Source of the DNA: the human T2T-CHM13v2.0 reference genome, Homo sapiens
Direction: 5' to 3' (one strand)
Assembly (NCBI RefSeq): GCF_009914755.1
Contig: NC_060940.1
Length of the DNA stretch: 64,000 nucleotides
In this document: piece after piece, positions 12,080 to 27,322 of the stretch
Position numbering within the stretch: position 1 is the stretch's first letter
How the letters are laid out: every line of letters starts with the position of its first letter
Made by a program: the position numbers and the translations under genes
Notes under the pieces: model-generated
The model's database searches: none
What the model was told of the DNA's origin: nothing
What the model saw: only the letters and a program-made list of their open reading frames with translations

Positions 12080-14719
12080 GATATCATTCGATTCCATTTG
12101 ATGATAATTCCATTTGATTCCATGCGATGATTCTATTCGATTCCATTCAATGATAATTCCATTCAATTCAGTGATTCCTCTGGACTCCATTTGATGATGA
12201 TTCCATTCAATGATTCCATTCGATTCTATTCGAAAATGATTCCTTTTGAATCCATTTGATGATGATTCCATTAGATTCCATTTGATGATTCCATTTGATT
12301 CCACTTGATGATGATTCCATTCGAGTCCATTTGATGATTCCATTCAATTCCATACTCCGATGATTTCTTTTGAGCCCACTCAATACTTCCACTCGATTCC
12401 ATATGATGATGACTCCATTCGATGAAATTCGATGATGATTCCATTCTCTTGCTTTCGATGATGATTCCACTTGAGTCCGTTAGAAGATTCTATTCAATTA
12501 CATTCCATGACGATTCCGTTCGTGTCCATTTGATGATTCCATTAGACTCCATTCGACGATGATTCCATTCGATGTTATTCGATGATTCCATTCGATCTCA
12601 TTCGTTGATGATTCCATTCAACTCCATTCGATGTTTCCATTCGAGTTCATTCTATTATTCCATTAGATTCCATTCGATGATGATTCCATTCGATTCCATT
12701 TGATGATTGCATTCTATTTCATTTGATGATGATTCCATTCGAGTCCACTCGATGATTCCATTCGAGTCCATTTAATGAATCCATTGGTTTCAATTCTATG
12801 ATGATTAAATTGGATTCCATTCATTGATGATTTCATTCGGTTCCATTCAATGATGATTCTATTCAATTCCTTTCAATGTTTCCATTCAATTCCATACGAT
12901 GATGATTCCATTTGATTTGATTCGACAGTGAGCCATTCGATTCAATTCCATGATGTTTCTATTTGATTCAATTGGTTGACATTTCCATTCGATTCCATTC
13001 GATGATGATTCCCTTTGATTCCATTCAAAGATGATTCCATTCTAGCCCATTCAATCATTCCATTCGATTCTATTCAATGATGATTCCATTCATGTCGATT
13101 TGGTGATTCCATTTGACTTCATTTGATGATGATTCCTTTCAAGTTCATTAGATGATTCCATTCGATTCCAATTGATGATGATCCCATTCGAGTCCATTCA
13201 GTGATTCCATTCGTTTCCATTCCATGATGATTCCATTCCATTCCATGCAATGATTCCATTCGATTCCGTTTGATGATGATTTCATTCGAGTCCATTTGAT
13301 GATTCCATTTGATTCCATTCGATGATGATTCCATTCGAGTCCATTCGATGATTCCATTCGATTGCATTCGATGATTCCATTATATTCCATTCAACTATGA
13401 TTCCATTCGAGTCCATTCGATGATTCCATTAGAGTACATTTAATGATTGCTTTGTTTTCAATTCGAAGATGATTACATTCGATTCCATTCTATGGTACCA
13501 TTCGATTCCATTCAATGATGACTCCACTCAAATCCATTGGATGATTCCATTCGTGTCCATTCGGTGATTTCATTAGATTCCATTCGAGGATGATTCCATT
13601 CGATTCCATTCGATGATTCCATTCAATTCCATTCGATGATGATTCCATTCGAGTCCATATGATCATTCCATTTAATTTCATTCGATGATGATTCCATTCG
13701 ATTCCATTCGACGATTCCATTCTATTCCATTCGATGATGATTCCGTTCGAGTCCATTCGATGATTCCATTCGAGTCCATTTAATGATTCCATTGGGTTCA
13801 ATTCAATGATGATTACATTGGATTCCGTTCTATGATTCCATTCAATTCCGTTCATTGACAATTTGATTCCATTCGATGATGATTCCATTTGAGTTCATTC
13901 GATGATTCTATTCGATTCTCTTCGATGGTGATTCAATTCTATTATATTGGATGATTCCATTCGATTCCATTTGATGTTGATTCAATTCGATTCTATTCGA
14001 TGATGATTCCATTGGATTTCACTTGATGATTCTATTCGATTCCATTCAATGATGATTCACTTCTCGTCCATTGGATGATTCCATTTCATTCCATTCGATG
14101 ATGATTCCATTCGATTCCATTCGATGATTCCATTTGATTCCATGCGACGGTGAGCAATTCGATTCAATTCCATGATGATTCTATTTGATTCAATTAGATG
14201 ATGTTTCCATTCGAATCCATTCCATGATTATTCCATTGGAATCCATTCGGTGATGATTCCATATGAGTCAATTCAATGATGATTCCATATGGGTCCGTTC
14301 GATGATAATTCCATTTGATTTCATTCGATGCTTCTATTCAATTCCAGTTGATGATGATTCCGTTGGAGTCCATACGATGATTCCATTTGATTTCATTTCA
14401 TGATGATTCCATTCGATTCCATTCGATGATGATTACATTGGATTCCATTCTATGATTCCATTCAATTCCATTCGTTGATGATTCGATTCCCTTCAATGAT
14501 GATTCCACTTGAGTTCATTCGATTATTCTATTCGATTCCGTTCGATGGTGATTCAATTCTCTTATATTGGATGATTCCACTCGATTCCATTTGATGATTA
14601 TTCCATTGGAGTCCACTTAGTGAATCCTTTAGATTCTACTCGAAGATGATTCCATTCGAGTCCATTCGATGATACCATTCAATTCCATTCGTTGATACTT
14701 CCATTTAAGTGCATTCGAT
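12080..14719 (+). repeat. Doubly deleted higher-order unit, 2640 bp (second copy 25741-28380)
   Basis: GATATC at 12080 and 14720; equals 6122 - 1864 - 1618. Confidence 0.9.
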
Positions 14720-17700
14720 GATATCATTCGATTCCATTTGATGATAATTCCATTTGATTCCATGCGATGATTCTATTCGATTCCATTCAATGATAATTCC
14801 ATTCAATTCAGTGATTCCTCTGGACTCCATTTGATGATGATTCCATTCAATGATTCCATTCGATTCTATTCGAAAATGATTCCATTTGAATCCATTTGAT
14901 GATGATTCCATTAGATTCCATTTGATGATTTCATTCGATTCCATTCGACGATGATTCCATTCGATTCCATTTGATGATTCCATTCTATTCTATTCGATGA
15001 TGATTCCATTCGATTCCATTCGATGATGATTGGATTCGATTCCATTTGACTTCATTTGATTCCATTCGTTAATGATTTCGATCAATTCCATTCGATGATT
15101 CCATTCGATTCCATTCGATAATGATTACATCCGAGTCCATTCGATGATTCCATTTGAGCCCGTTCGATAATTCCATTTGAGTCCAATCAATGATTCCATT
15201 CATTTCCATTCAATGATTCCATTCGAGTCCATTTGATCATTCCGGTAGGGTCCATTCGATGTTGATTCCATTGGAGTGCATTCGATGATTCCATTCGAGT
15301 CCATTTTAGGATTTGATTCGAGTCCTTTCGATGATTCCATTCGACTCCACTCGATGATGATTTCATTCGAGTCCATTCGACACTTCCAATCGATTCCATT
15401 TGATGTTTCCTTTCGAGTCCAATTGATGATTCCATTCAATTCCATTCGATGATGATTCCGTACGGTTCCATTCTGTGATGATTCCATGTGATTGCATTCA
15501 ATGATGATTCCTTTCGATTGCATTCGATTATGATTCATTTCGTCTTCATTCTATGGTTCCACAGGTTTCCATTCGTGTCCATTCCATTATTCCATTCTAT
15601 TCCATTTGATGATGATTCCATTCGATTCCATTCATTGGTGATTCCACTCAATTCCATTCAATGATTCCATTCCATTTCTTTCAACAATGATTCCATTACT
15701 TTCTAATCGATGATCCACTTGATTCCATTTGACGACGATTCCATTCTTGTCCATTCGATGATTCCATTTGATTCCATATGATGATGATTCCATTCGATTC
15801 CATACGATGATGATTCCATTGGAGTCCATTCAATGGTGATTCCATTCAATTCCATTCGATGATTCCTTTCGATTCCATTCGATGATGATGGCATTCGATT
15901 CCTTTCAATCATTCCCTTTGATTCCATTCAAAGGTGATTTCATTCAAGTCCATTGGATAATTGCATTCGATTCCATTCTATGATGATTCCATTCGAGTCC
16001 ATTTGATGATTCCATTCAATTCAAGTCAATGATGATTCCATTCGATTCCATTCGATGATTCCATTGGATTTCATTCGATGATAATTCCATTCAAATCCTT
16101 TCGATAATTCAATTCAAGTCCATTCGATGATGATTCCAATCGAATCCATTCAAAGATTCCATTCAGTTCCATTCGATGATTCCCTTAGATTCCATTCGAT
16201 GATTCCACTTGATTCCATTTACGATGATTCCATTCGATTCCATGTGATGATTCCATTCAATTCTATTCAATGATGTTTCCATTTGATTCCATTCGACCAT
16301 GATTGCCTTTGATTCCATTCAATGATTCCATTCGGTTCCTTTTGATGATGATTCCGTTCGATTCCATTTGATGATTCCATTTGATTCCATTGGATGAGTC
16401 CATTCGATTACATTCGATGATAATTCCATTCGAGTGCATTAGATGATTCCATTCGAGTCCATTCGATGATTCCATTCGATTCCATTCGATGTTGATTCTG
16501 TTCAAATCCATTCGATGATTCCACTCGATTCCATTCGATGACTCCATTTGATCCCATTCGATGATTTCCTGTGATTCCCTTTGATGATCATTCCATTTGA
16601 TTCAATTCGGTGATTTCATTTGATTCCATTCAGTGATGTTTCCATTCGACTCCATTCGATGATGATTCCATTCGACTCCATTCGATTATGATTTCATTCA
16701 ATTCCATTCGATAATGATTCCCTTCGAGTCCATTCGATGATTCCATTCGATTCCATTCAACGATGATTTGATTCGTGTCCATTCGATGATTCCATTTGAT
16801 TCCACTTGATGATGATTCCATTCCAGTCCATTTGATGATTCCATTCAATTCCATTCTCCGATGATTTCTTTTGAGCCCACTCAATGCTTCCACTCGATTC
16901 CATATGATGATGACTCCATTCGATGAAATTCGATGATGATTCCATTCGCTTGCTTTCGATGATGATTCCACTTGAGTCCGTTAGAAGATTCTATTCAATT
17001 ACATTCCATGACGATTCCGTTCGAGTCCATTTGATGATTCCATTAGACTCCATTCGACGATGATTCCATTCGATGTTATTCGATGATTCCATTCGATCTC
17101 ATTCGATGATGATTCCATTCAACTCCATTCGATGTTTCCATTCGAGTTCATTCTATTATTCCATTAGATTCCATTCGATGATGATTCCATTCGATTCCAT
17201 TTGATGATTGCATTCTATTTCATTTGATGATGATTCCATTCGAGTCCACTCGATGATTCCATTCGAGTCCATTTAATGAATCCATTGGTTTCAATTCTAT
17301 GATGATTACATTGGATTCCATTCGTTGATGATTTCATTCGGTTCCATTCAATGATGATTCTATTCAATTCCTTTCAATGTTTCCATTCAATTCCATACGA
17401 TGATGATTCCATTTGATTTGATTCGACAGTGAGCCATTCGATTCAATTCCATGATGTTTCTATTTGATTCAATTGGTTGACATTTCCATTCGATTCCATT
17501 CGATGATGATTCCCTTTGATTCCATTCAAAGATGATTCCATTCTAGCCCATTCAATCATTCCATTCGATTCTATTCAATGATGATTCCATTCATGTCGAT
17601 TTGGTGATTCCATTTGACTTCATTTGATGATGATTCCTTTCAAGTTCATTAGATGATTCCATTCGATTCCAATTGATGATGATCCCATTCGAGTCCATTC

Positions 17701-20700
17701 AGTGATTCCATTCGTTTCCATTCCATGATGATTCCATTCCATTCCATGCAATGATTCCATTCGATTCCGTTTGATGATGATTTCATTCGAGTCCATTTGA
17801 TGATTCCATTTGATTCCATTCGATGATGATTCCATTCGAGTCCATTCGATGATTCCATTCGATTGCATTCGATGATTCCATTATATTCCATTCAACGATG
17901 ATTCCATTCGAGTCCATTCGATGATTCCATTAGAGTACATTTAATGATTGCTTTGTTTTCAATTCGAAGATGATTACATTCGATTCCATTCTATGATACC
18001 ATTCGATTCCATTCAATGATGACTCCACTCAAATCCATTGGATGATTCCATTCGTGTCCATTCGGTGATTTCATTAGATTCCATTCGAGGATGATTCCAT
18101 TCGATTCCATTCGATGATTCCATTCAATTCCATTCGATGATGATTCCATTCGAGTCCATATGATCATTCCATTTCATTTCATTCGATGATGATTCCATTC
18201 GATTCCATTCGACGATTCCACTCTATTCCATTCGATGATGATTCCATTCGAGTCCATTCGATGATTCCATTCGAGTCCATTTAATGATTCCATTGGGTTC
18301 AATTCAATGATGATTACATTGGATTCCGTTCTATGATTCCATTCAATTCCGTTCATTGACAATTTGATTCCATTCGATGATGATTCCATTTGAGTTCATT
18401 CGATGATTCTATTCGATTCTCTTCGATGGTGATTCAATTCTATTATATTGGATGATTCCATTCGATTCCATTTGATGTTGATTCAATTCGATTCTATTCG
18501 ATGATGAGTCCATTGGATTTCACTTGATGATTCTATTCGATTCCATTCAATGATGATTCACTTCTCGTCCATTGGATGATTCCATTTCATTCCATTCGAT
18601 GATGATTCCATTCGATTCCATTCGATGATTCCATTTGATTCCATGCGACGGTGAGCAATTCGATTCAATTCCATGATGATTCTATTTGATTCAATTAGAT
18701 GATGTTTCCATTCGAATCCATTCCATGATTATTCCATTGGAATCCATTCGGTGATGATTCCATATGAGTCAATTCAATGATGATTCCATATGGGTCCGTT
18801 CGATGATAATTCCATTTGATTTCATTCGATGCTTCTATTCAATTCCAGTTGATGATGATTCCGTTGGAGTCCATACGATGATTCCATTTGATTTCATTTC
18901 AGGATGATTCCATTCGATTCCATTCGATGATGATTACATTGGATTCCATTCTATGATTCCATTCAATTCCATTCGTTGATGATTCGATTCCCTTCAATGA
19001 TGATTCCACTTGAGTTCATTCGATGATTCTATTCGATTCCGTTCGATGGTGATTCAATTCTCTTATATTGGATGATTCCACTCGATTCCATTTGATGATT
19101 ATTCCATTGGAGTCCACTTAGTGAATCCTTTAGATTCTACTCGAAGTTGATTCCATTCGAGTCCATTCGATGATACCATTCAATTCCATTCGTTGATGCT
19201 TCCATTCAAGTGCATTCGATGATATCATTCGATTCCATTTGATGATAATTCCATTTGATTCCATGCGATGATTCTATTCGATTCCTTTCAATGATAATTC
19301 CATTCAATTCAGTGATTCCTCTGGACTCCATTTGATGATGATTCCATTCAATGATTCCATTCGATTCTATTCGAAAATGATTCCATTTGAATCCATTTGA
19401 TGATGATTCCATTAGATTCCATTAGATGATTCCATTCGATTCCATTCGACGATGATTCCATTCGATTCCATTTGATGATTCCATTCTATTCTATTCGATG
19501 ATGATTCCATTCGATTCCATTCGATGATGATTGGATTCGATTCCATTTGATGACTTCATTTGATTCCATTCGTTAATGATTTCGATCAATTCCATTCGAT
19601 GATTCCATTCGATTCCATTCGATAATGATTACATCCGAGTCCATTCGATGATTCCATTTGAGCCCGTTCGATAATTCCATTTGAGTCCAATCAATGATTC
19701 CATTCATTTACATTCAATGATTCCATTCGAGTCCATTTGATCATTCCGGTAGGGTCCATTCGATGTTGATTCCATTGGAGTGCATTCGATGATTCCATTC
19801 GAGTCCATTTTAGGATTTGATTCGAGTCCTTTCGATGATTCCACTCGACTCCACTCGATGATGATTTCATTCGAGTCCATTCGACACTTCCAATCGATTC
19901 CATTTGATGTTTCCTTTCGAGTCCAATTGATGATTCCATTCAATTCCATTCGATGATGATTCCGTACGGTTCCATTCTGTGATGATTCCATGTGATTGCA
20001 TTCAATGATGATTCCTTTCGATTGCATTCGATTATGATTCATTTCGTGTTCATTCTATGGTTCCACAGGTTTCCATTCGTGTCCATTCCATTATTCCATT
20101 CTATTCCATTTGATGATGATTCCATTCGATTCCATTCATTGGTGATTCCACTCAATTCCATTCAATGATTCCATTCCATTTCTTTCAACAATGATTCCAT
20201 TACTTTCTAATCGATGATCCACTTGATTCCATTTGACGACGATTCCATTCTTGTCCATTCGATGATTCCATTTGATTCCATATGATGATGATTCCATTCG
20301 AGTCCATTCAATGGTGATTCCATTCAATTCCATTCGATGATTCCTTTCGATTCCATTCGATGATGATGGCATTCGATTCCTTTCAATCATTCCCTTTGAT
20401 TCCATTCAAAGGTGATTTCATTCAAGTCCATTCGATAATTGCATTCGATTCCATTCTATGATGATTCCATTCGAGTGCACTTGATGATTCCATTCAATTC
20501 AAGTCAATGATGATTCCATTCGATTCCATTCGATGATTCCATTTGATTCCATTCGATGATGATTCCATTCAAATCCATTCGATAATTCAATTCAAGTCCA
20601 TTCGATGATGATTCCAATCGAATCTATTCAAAGATTCCATTCAGTTCCATTCGATGATTCCCTTAGATTCCATTCGATGATTCCACTTGATTCCATTTAC

Positions 20701-23700
20701 GATGATTCCTTTCGATTCCATGTGATGATTCCATTCAATTCTATTCAATGATGTCTCCATTTGATTCCATTCGACCATGATTGCCTTTGATTCCATTCAA
20801 TGATTCCATTCGTTTCCTTTTGATGATGATTCCATTCGATTCCATTTGATGATTCCATTTGATTCCATTGGATGAGCCCATTCGATTACATTCGATGATT
20901 ATTCCATTCGAGAGCATTAGATGATTCCGTTCGATTCCATTCGATGGTTCCATTGGATTCCATTCGATGATGATTCCATTCAAATCCATTCATTAATTCA
21001 ATTCAACTCCATTCGATGATGATTCCAATCGAATCCATTCAAAGATTCCATTCAGTTCCATTCGATGATTCCCTTAGATTCCATTCGATGATTCCACTTG
21101 ATTCCATTTACGATGATTCCATTCGATTCCATGTGATGATTCCATTCAATTCTATACAATGATGTCTCCATTTGATTCCATTCAACCATGATTGCCTTTG
21201 ATTCCATTCAATGATTCCATTCGTTTCCTTTTGATGATGATTCCGTTCGATTCCATTTGATGATTCCATTTGATTCCATTGGATGAGTCCATTCGATTAC
21301 ATTCGATGATTATTCCATTCGAGTGCATTAGATGATTCCATTCGAGTCCATTCGATGATTCCATTCGATTCCATTCGATGTTGATTCTGTTAAAATCCAT
21401 TCGATGATTCCACTCGATTCCATTCGATGACTCCATTTGATCCCATTCGATGATTTCCTGTGATTCCCTTTGATGATCATTCCATTTGATTCAATTCGGT
21501 GATTTCGTTTGATTCCATTCAGTGATGTTTCCATTCGACTCCATTCGATGATGATTCCATTCGACTCCATTCGATTATGATTTCATTCAATTCCATTCGA
21601 TAATGATTCCCTTCGAGTCCATTCGATGATTCCATTCGATTCCATTCAACGATGATTTGATTCGTGTCCATTCGATGATTCCATTTGATTCCACTTGATG
21701 ATGATTCCATTCGAGTCCATTTGATGATTCCATTCAATTCCATTCTCCGATGATTTCTTTTGAGCCCACTCAATGCTTCCACTCGATTCCATATGATGAT
21801 GACTCCATTCGATGAAATTCGATGATGATTCCATTCGCTTGCTTTCGATGATGATTCCACTTGAGTCCGTTAGAAGATTCTATTCAATTACATTCCATGA
21901 CGATTCCGTTCGAGTCCATTTGATGATTCCATTAGACTCCATTCGACGATGATTCCATTCGATGTTACTCGATGATTCCATTCGATCTCATTCGATGATT
22001 CCATTCGATCTCATTCGATGATGATTCCATTCAACTCCATTCGATGTTTCCATTCGAGTTCATTCTATTATTCCATTAGATTCCATTCGATGATGATTCC
22101 ATTCGATTCCATTTGATGATTGCATTCTATTTCATTTGATGATGATTCCATTCGAGTCCACTCGATGATTCCATTCGAGTCCATTTAATGAATCCATTGG
22201 TTTCAATTATATGATGATTACATTGGATTCCATTCGTTGATGATTTCATTCGGTTCCATTCAATGATGATTCCATTCAATTCCTTTCAATGTTTCCATTC
22301 AATTCCATACGATGATGATTCCATTTGATTTGATTCGACAGTGAACCATTCGATTCAATTCCATGATGATTCTATTTGATTCAATTGGGTGACATTTCCA
22401 TTCGATTCCATTCGATGATGATTCCCTTTGATTCCATTCAAAGATGATTCCATTCCAGCCCATTCAATCATTCCATTCGATTCTATTCAATGATGATTCC
22501 ATTCATGTCGAGTTGGTGATTCCATTTGACTCCATTTGATGATGATTCCTTTCAAGTTCATTAGATGATTCCATTCGATTCCATTTGATGATGATCCCAT
22601 TCGAGTCCATTCAGTGATTCCATTCGTTTCCATTCCATGATGATTCCATTCCATTCCATGCAATGATTCCATTCGATTCCGTTTGATGATGATTTCATTC
22701 GAGTCCATTTCATGATTCCATTTGATTCCATTCGATGATGATTCCATTCGAGTCCATTCGATGATTCTATTCGAATCCATTTGATGATTTCTTTTGATTA
22801 TAGTTGGTGATGATTCCATTGGAGTCCATTCAATGATTCCATTCGATTCCAATCGATGGTGATTCCATTAGAGTCCATTTAATGATTCCATTTGATTCCA
22901 GTCTCTGATGATTACATTCGAGTCCATACGATGATTCCACTCAATTCCATATGATGATGATTCCATTCGATTCCATTCGATGATTCCATTCTATTCTATT
23001 CAATGGTGATTCCATTCGAGTACATTAGATGATTCCATTCGATTCCATTCAATGATGATTCTATTTGTGTCCCTTAGATGATTCCACATGATTCCATTAG
23101 ATGATGATACTATTTGAGCCCATCCAATGATTCCCTTCGATTCCGTTCGATGAGGATTCCATTCGATTCAATTCATTGGTGGTTCTATTCAATTCAATTC
23201 TTTGATTCCATTCCATTCCATTCGACAATGATTCCATTCGATTTCTTTCGATGATTCCACTCGATTCCACTTGACATTGATTCCATTCGATTCCATTCAA
23301 TGATTCCATTTGATTCCAGTGGATGATGATTGCCATCGATTCCATTCGATCACTCCATTCTATTCCATTTGATGATGATTACATTCGATTCCATTTGATG
23401 ATTCCATCTGATTCTATTCGAGGATTCCATTTGATTCCATTCGATGATGATTCCATTCGAGTCCATTCGATGATTTCATTCGAGTACATCCAATGATTCC
23501 ATTCGAGTCCATTTGATGATTCCATTTGATTCCATTTGATTATGATTCTACTAGAGTCCATTCAATGACTCCATTCGAGTCCATTCAACAATTCCATTCG
23601 ACTCCATTCGATGATTCCATTCGATTCCATTTGATGATTCCATTCGAGTCCATTTAATCATTACAGTCGAGTCCATTTGGTGATTCCACTGGATTTCTTT

Positions 23701-26700
23701 TGATAATGATACCATTCCATTACATTTGATGATGATCCCATTCAATTTCATTTGATGATGATTCCCTTAGAGTCCATTCGATGATTTCATTCGAGTCCTT
23801 TCATTGATTCCATCCGATTTCATTTGATGATGACTCCATTCGAGTCCATTCGATGATTCCACTCGATTCCATTAGATGATTCCATTGGAGTCCATTTGAT
23901 TGTTCCATTCGATTCCATTCGATTCCTTTCGAAGATTATTCCATTTGAGTCCGTTCGATGATGATTCCATTCCATTCCATACGATGATTCCGTTTGATTC
24001 CATTCGATGATTCCCTTCGATTCCTTTCTTTGATGATTCCATTCCATTCCATTCAATGATTCCATTCGAATCTATTCCATGATGATTCCTTTCGATTCCA
24101 TTCGCTGATGTTTCCGTTCAATTCCATTCGATGATGATTCCATTCGATTCCATTCATTGAGGATTCCATTTGATTCCATTCAATGATGATTCCATTCTAT
24201 TCCATTCAATGATTGCATTCAATTCCATTCAATGATTATCCCATTAGAGTAAACTCAACGATTCCATTCAATACCATTCGATGATGATTCCTTTTGAGTC
24301 CATTCAATGATTTCATTCAAGTCCATTTGATGATTCCTTTCAATTCCATTCTATGATGATTCCATTCGAGTCCATTCGATGATTCCATTCGATTGCATTC
24401 GATGATTCCATTATATTCCAGTCAACGATGATTCCATTCGAGTCCATTCGATGATTCCATTAGAGTACATTTAATGATTGCTTTGTTTTCAATTCGAAGA
24501 TGATTCCATTGGATTCCATTCTATGATACCATTCGATTCCATTCAATGATGATTCCACTCAAATCCATTGGATGATTCCATTCGTGTCCATTCGGTGATT
24601 TCATTAGATTCCATTCGAGGCTGATTCCATTCGATTCCATTCGATGATTCCATTCAATTCCATTCGATGATGATTCCATTCCAGTCCATATGATCATTCC
24701 ATTTGATTTCATTCGATGATGTTTCCATTCGATTCCATTCGATGATTCCATTCTATTCCATTCGATGATGATTCCATTCGAGTCCATTCGATGATTCCAT
24801 TCGAGTCCATTTAATGATTCCATTGGGTTCAATTCAATGATGATTACATTGGATTCCGTTCTATGATTCCATTCAATTCCGTTCATTGACAGTTTGATTC
24901 CATTCGATGATGACTCCATTTGAGTTCATTCGATGATTCTATTCGATTCTCTTCGATGGTGATTCAATTCTATTATATTGGATGATTCCATTCGATTCCA
25001 TTTGATGTTGATTCAATTCGATTCTATTCGATGATGATTCCATTGGATTTCACTTGATGATTCTATTCGATTCCATTCAATGATGATTCACTTCTCGTCC
25101 ATTGGATGATTCCATTTCATTCCATTCGATGATGATTCCATTCGATTCCATTCGTTGATTCCATTTGATTCCATGCGATGGTGAGCAATTCGATTGAATT
25201 CCATGATGATTCTATTTGATTCAATTAGATGATGTTTCCATTCGAATCCATTCCATGATTATTCCATTGGAATCCATTTGGCGATGATTCCATATGGGTC
25301 AATTCAATGATGATTCCATATGGGTCCATTAGATGATAATTCCATTTGATTTCATTCGATGCTTCTATTCAATTCCAGTCGATGATGATTCCGTTGGAGT
25401 CCATACGATGATTCCATTTGATTTCATTTGATGATGATTCCATTCGATGATGATTACATTGGATTCCATTCTATGAGTCCATTCAATTCCATTCGTTGAT
25501 GATTCGATTCCATTCAATGATGATTCCATTTGAGTTCATTCGATGATTCTATTCGATTCCGTTCGATGGTGATTCAATTCTATTATATTGGATGATTCCA
25601 CTCGATTCCATTTGATGATTATTCCATTGGAGTCCACTTAGTGAATCCTTTAGATTCTACTCGAAGATGATTCCATTCGAGTCCATTCCATGATACCATT
25701 CAATTCCATTCGTTGATGCTTCCATTCAAGTGCATTCGATGATATCATTCGATTCCATTTGATGATAATTCCATTTGATTCCATGCGATGATTCTATTCG
25801 ATTCCATTCAATGATAATTCCATTCAATTCAGTGATTCCTCTGGACTCCATTTGATGATGATTCCATTCAATGATTCCATTCGATTCTATTCGAAAATGA
25901 TTCCTTTTGAATCCATTTGATGATGATTCCATTAGATTCCATTTGATGATTCCATTTGATTCCACTTGATGATGATTCCATTCGAGTCCATTTGATGATT
26001 CCATTCAATTCCATACTCCGATGATTTCTTTTGAGCCCACTCAATACTTCCACTCGATTCCATATGATGATGACTCCATTCGATGAAATTCGATGATGAT
26101 TCCATTCTCTTGCTTTCGATGATGATTCCACTTGAGTCCGTTAGAAGATTCTATTCAATTACATTCCATGACGATTCCGTTCGTGTCCATTTGATGATTC
26201 CATTAGACTCCATTCGACGATGATTCCATTCGATGTTATTCGATGATTCCATTCGATCTCATTCGTTGATGATTCCATTCAACTCCATTCGATGTTTCCA
26301 TTCGAGTTCATTCTATTATTCCATTAGATTCCATTCGATGATGATTCCATTCGATTCCATTTGATGATTGCATTCTATTTCATTTGATGATGATTCCATT
26401 CGAGTCCACTCGATGATTCCATTCGAGTCCATTTAATGAATCCATTGGTTTCAATTCTATGATGATTACATTGGATTCCATTCGTTGATGATTTCATTCG
26501 GTTCCATTCAATGATGATTCTATTCAATTCCTTTCAATGTTTCCATTCAATTCCATACGATGATGATTCCATTTGATTTGATTCGACAGTGAGCCATTCG
26601 ATTCAATTCCATGATGTTTCTATTTGATTCAATTGGTTGACATTTCCATTCGATTCCATTCGATGATGATTCCCTTTGATTCCATTCAAAGATGATTCCA

Positions 26701-27322
26701 TTCTAGCCCATTCAATCATTCCATTCGATTCTATTCAATGATGATTCCATTCATGTCGATTTGGTGATTCCATTTGACTTCATTTGATGATGATTCCTTT
26801 CAAGTTCATTAGATGATTCCATTCGATTCCAATTGATGATGATCCCATTCGAGTCCATTCAGTGATTCCATTCGTTTCCATTCCATGATGATTCCATTCC
26901 ATTCCATGCAATGATTCCATTCGATTCCGTTTGATGATGATTTCATTCGAGTCCATTTGATGATTCCATTTGATTCCATTCGATGATGATTCCATTCGAG
27001 TCCATTCGATGATTCCATTCGATTGCATTCGATGATTCCATTATATTCCATTCAACGATGATTCCATTCGAGTCCATTCGATGATTCCATTAGAGTACAT
27101 TTAATGATTGCTTTGTTTTCAATTCGAAGATGATTACATTCGATTCCATTCTATGGTACCATTCGATTACATTCAATGATGACTCCACTCAAATCCATTG
27201 GATGATTCCATTCGTGTCCATTCGGTGATTTCATTAGATTCCATTCGAGGATGATTCCATTCGATTCCATTCGATGATTCCATTCAATTCCATTCGATGA
27301 TGATTCCATTCGAGTCCATATG
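13662..27322 (+). repeat. 13,661-bp super-repeat, copy 2
   Basis: Same junctions and indels as copy 1. About twenty substitutions noticed by eye (not an exhaustive count). Confidence 0.95.

Larger units (their letters stand above)
1..13661 (+). repeat. 13,661-bp super-repeat, copy 1 (phase arbitrary; may extend left of the window)
   Basis: Every ORF marker recurs at +13661 (1044/14705, 2969/16630, 7080/20741, 9436/23097, 12207/25868, 13490/27151). The private GGTACC variant occurs at 13494 and 27155. Confidence 0.95.
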
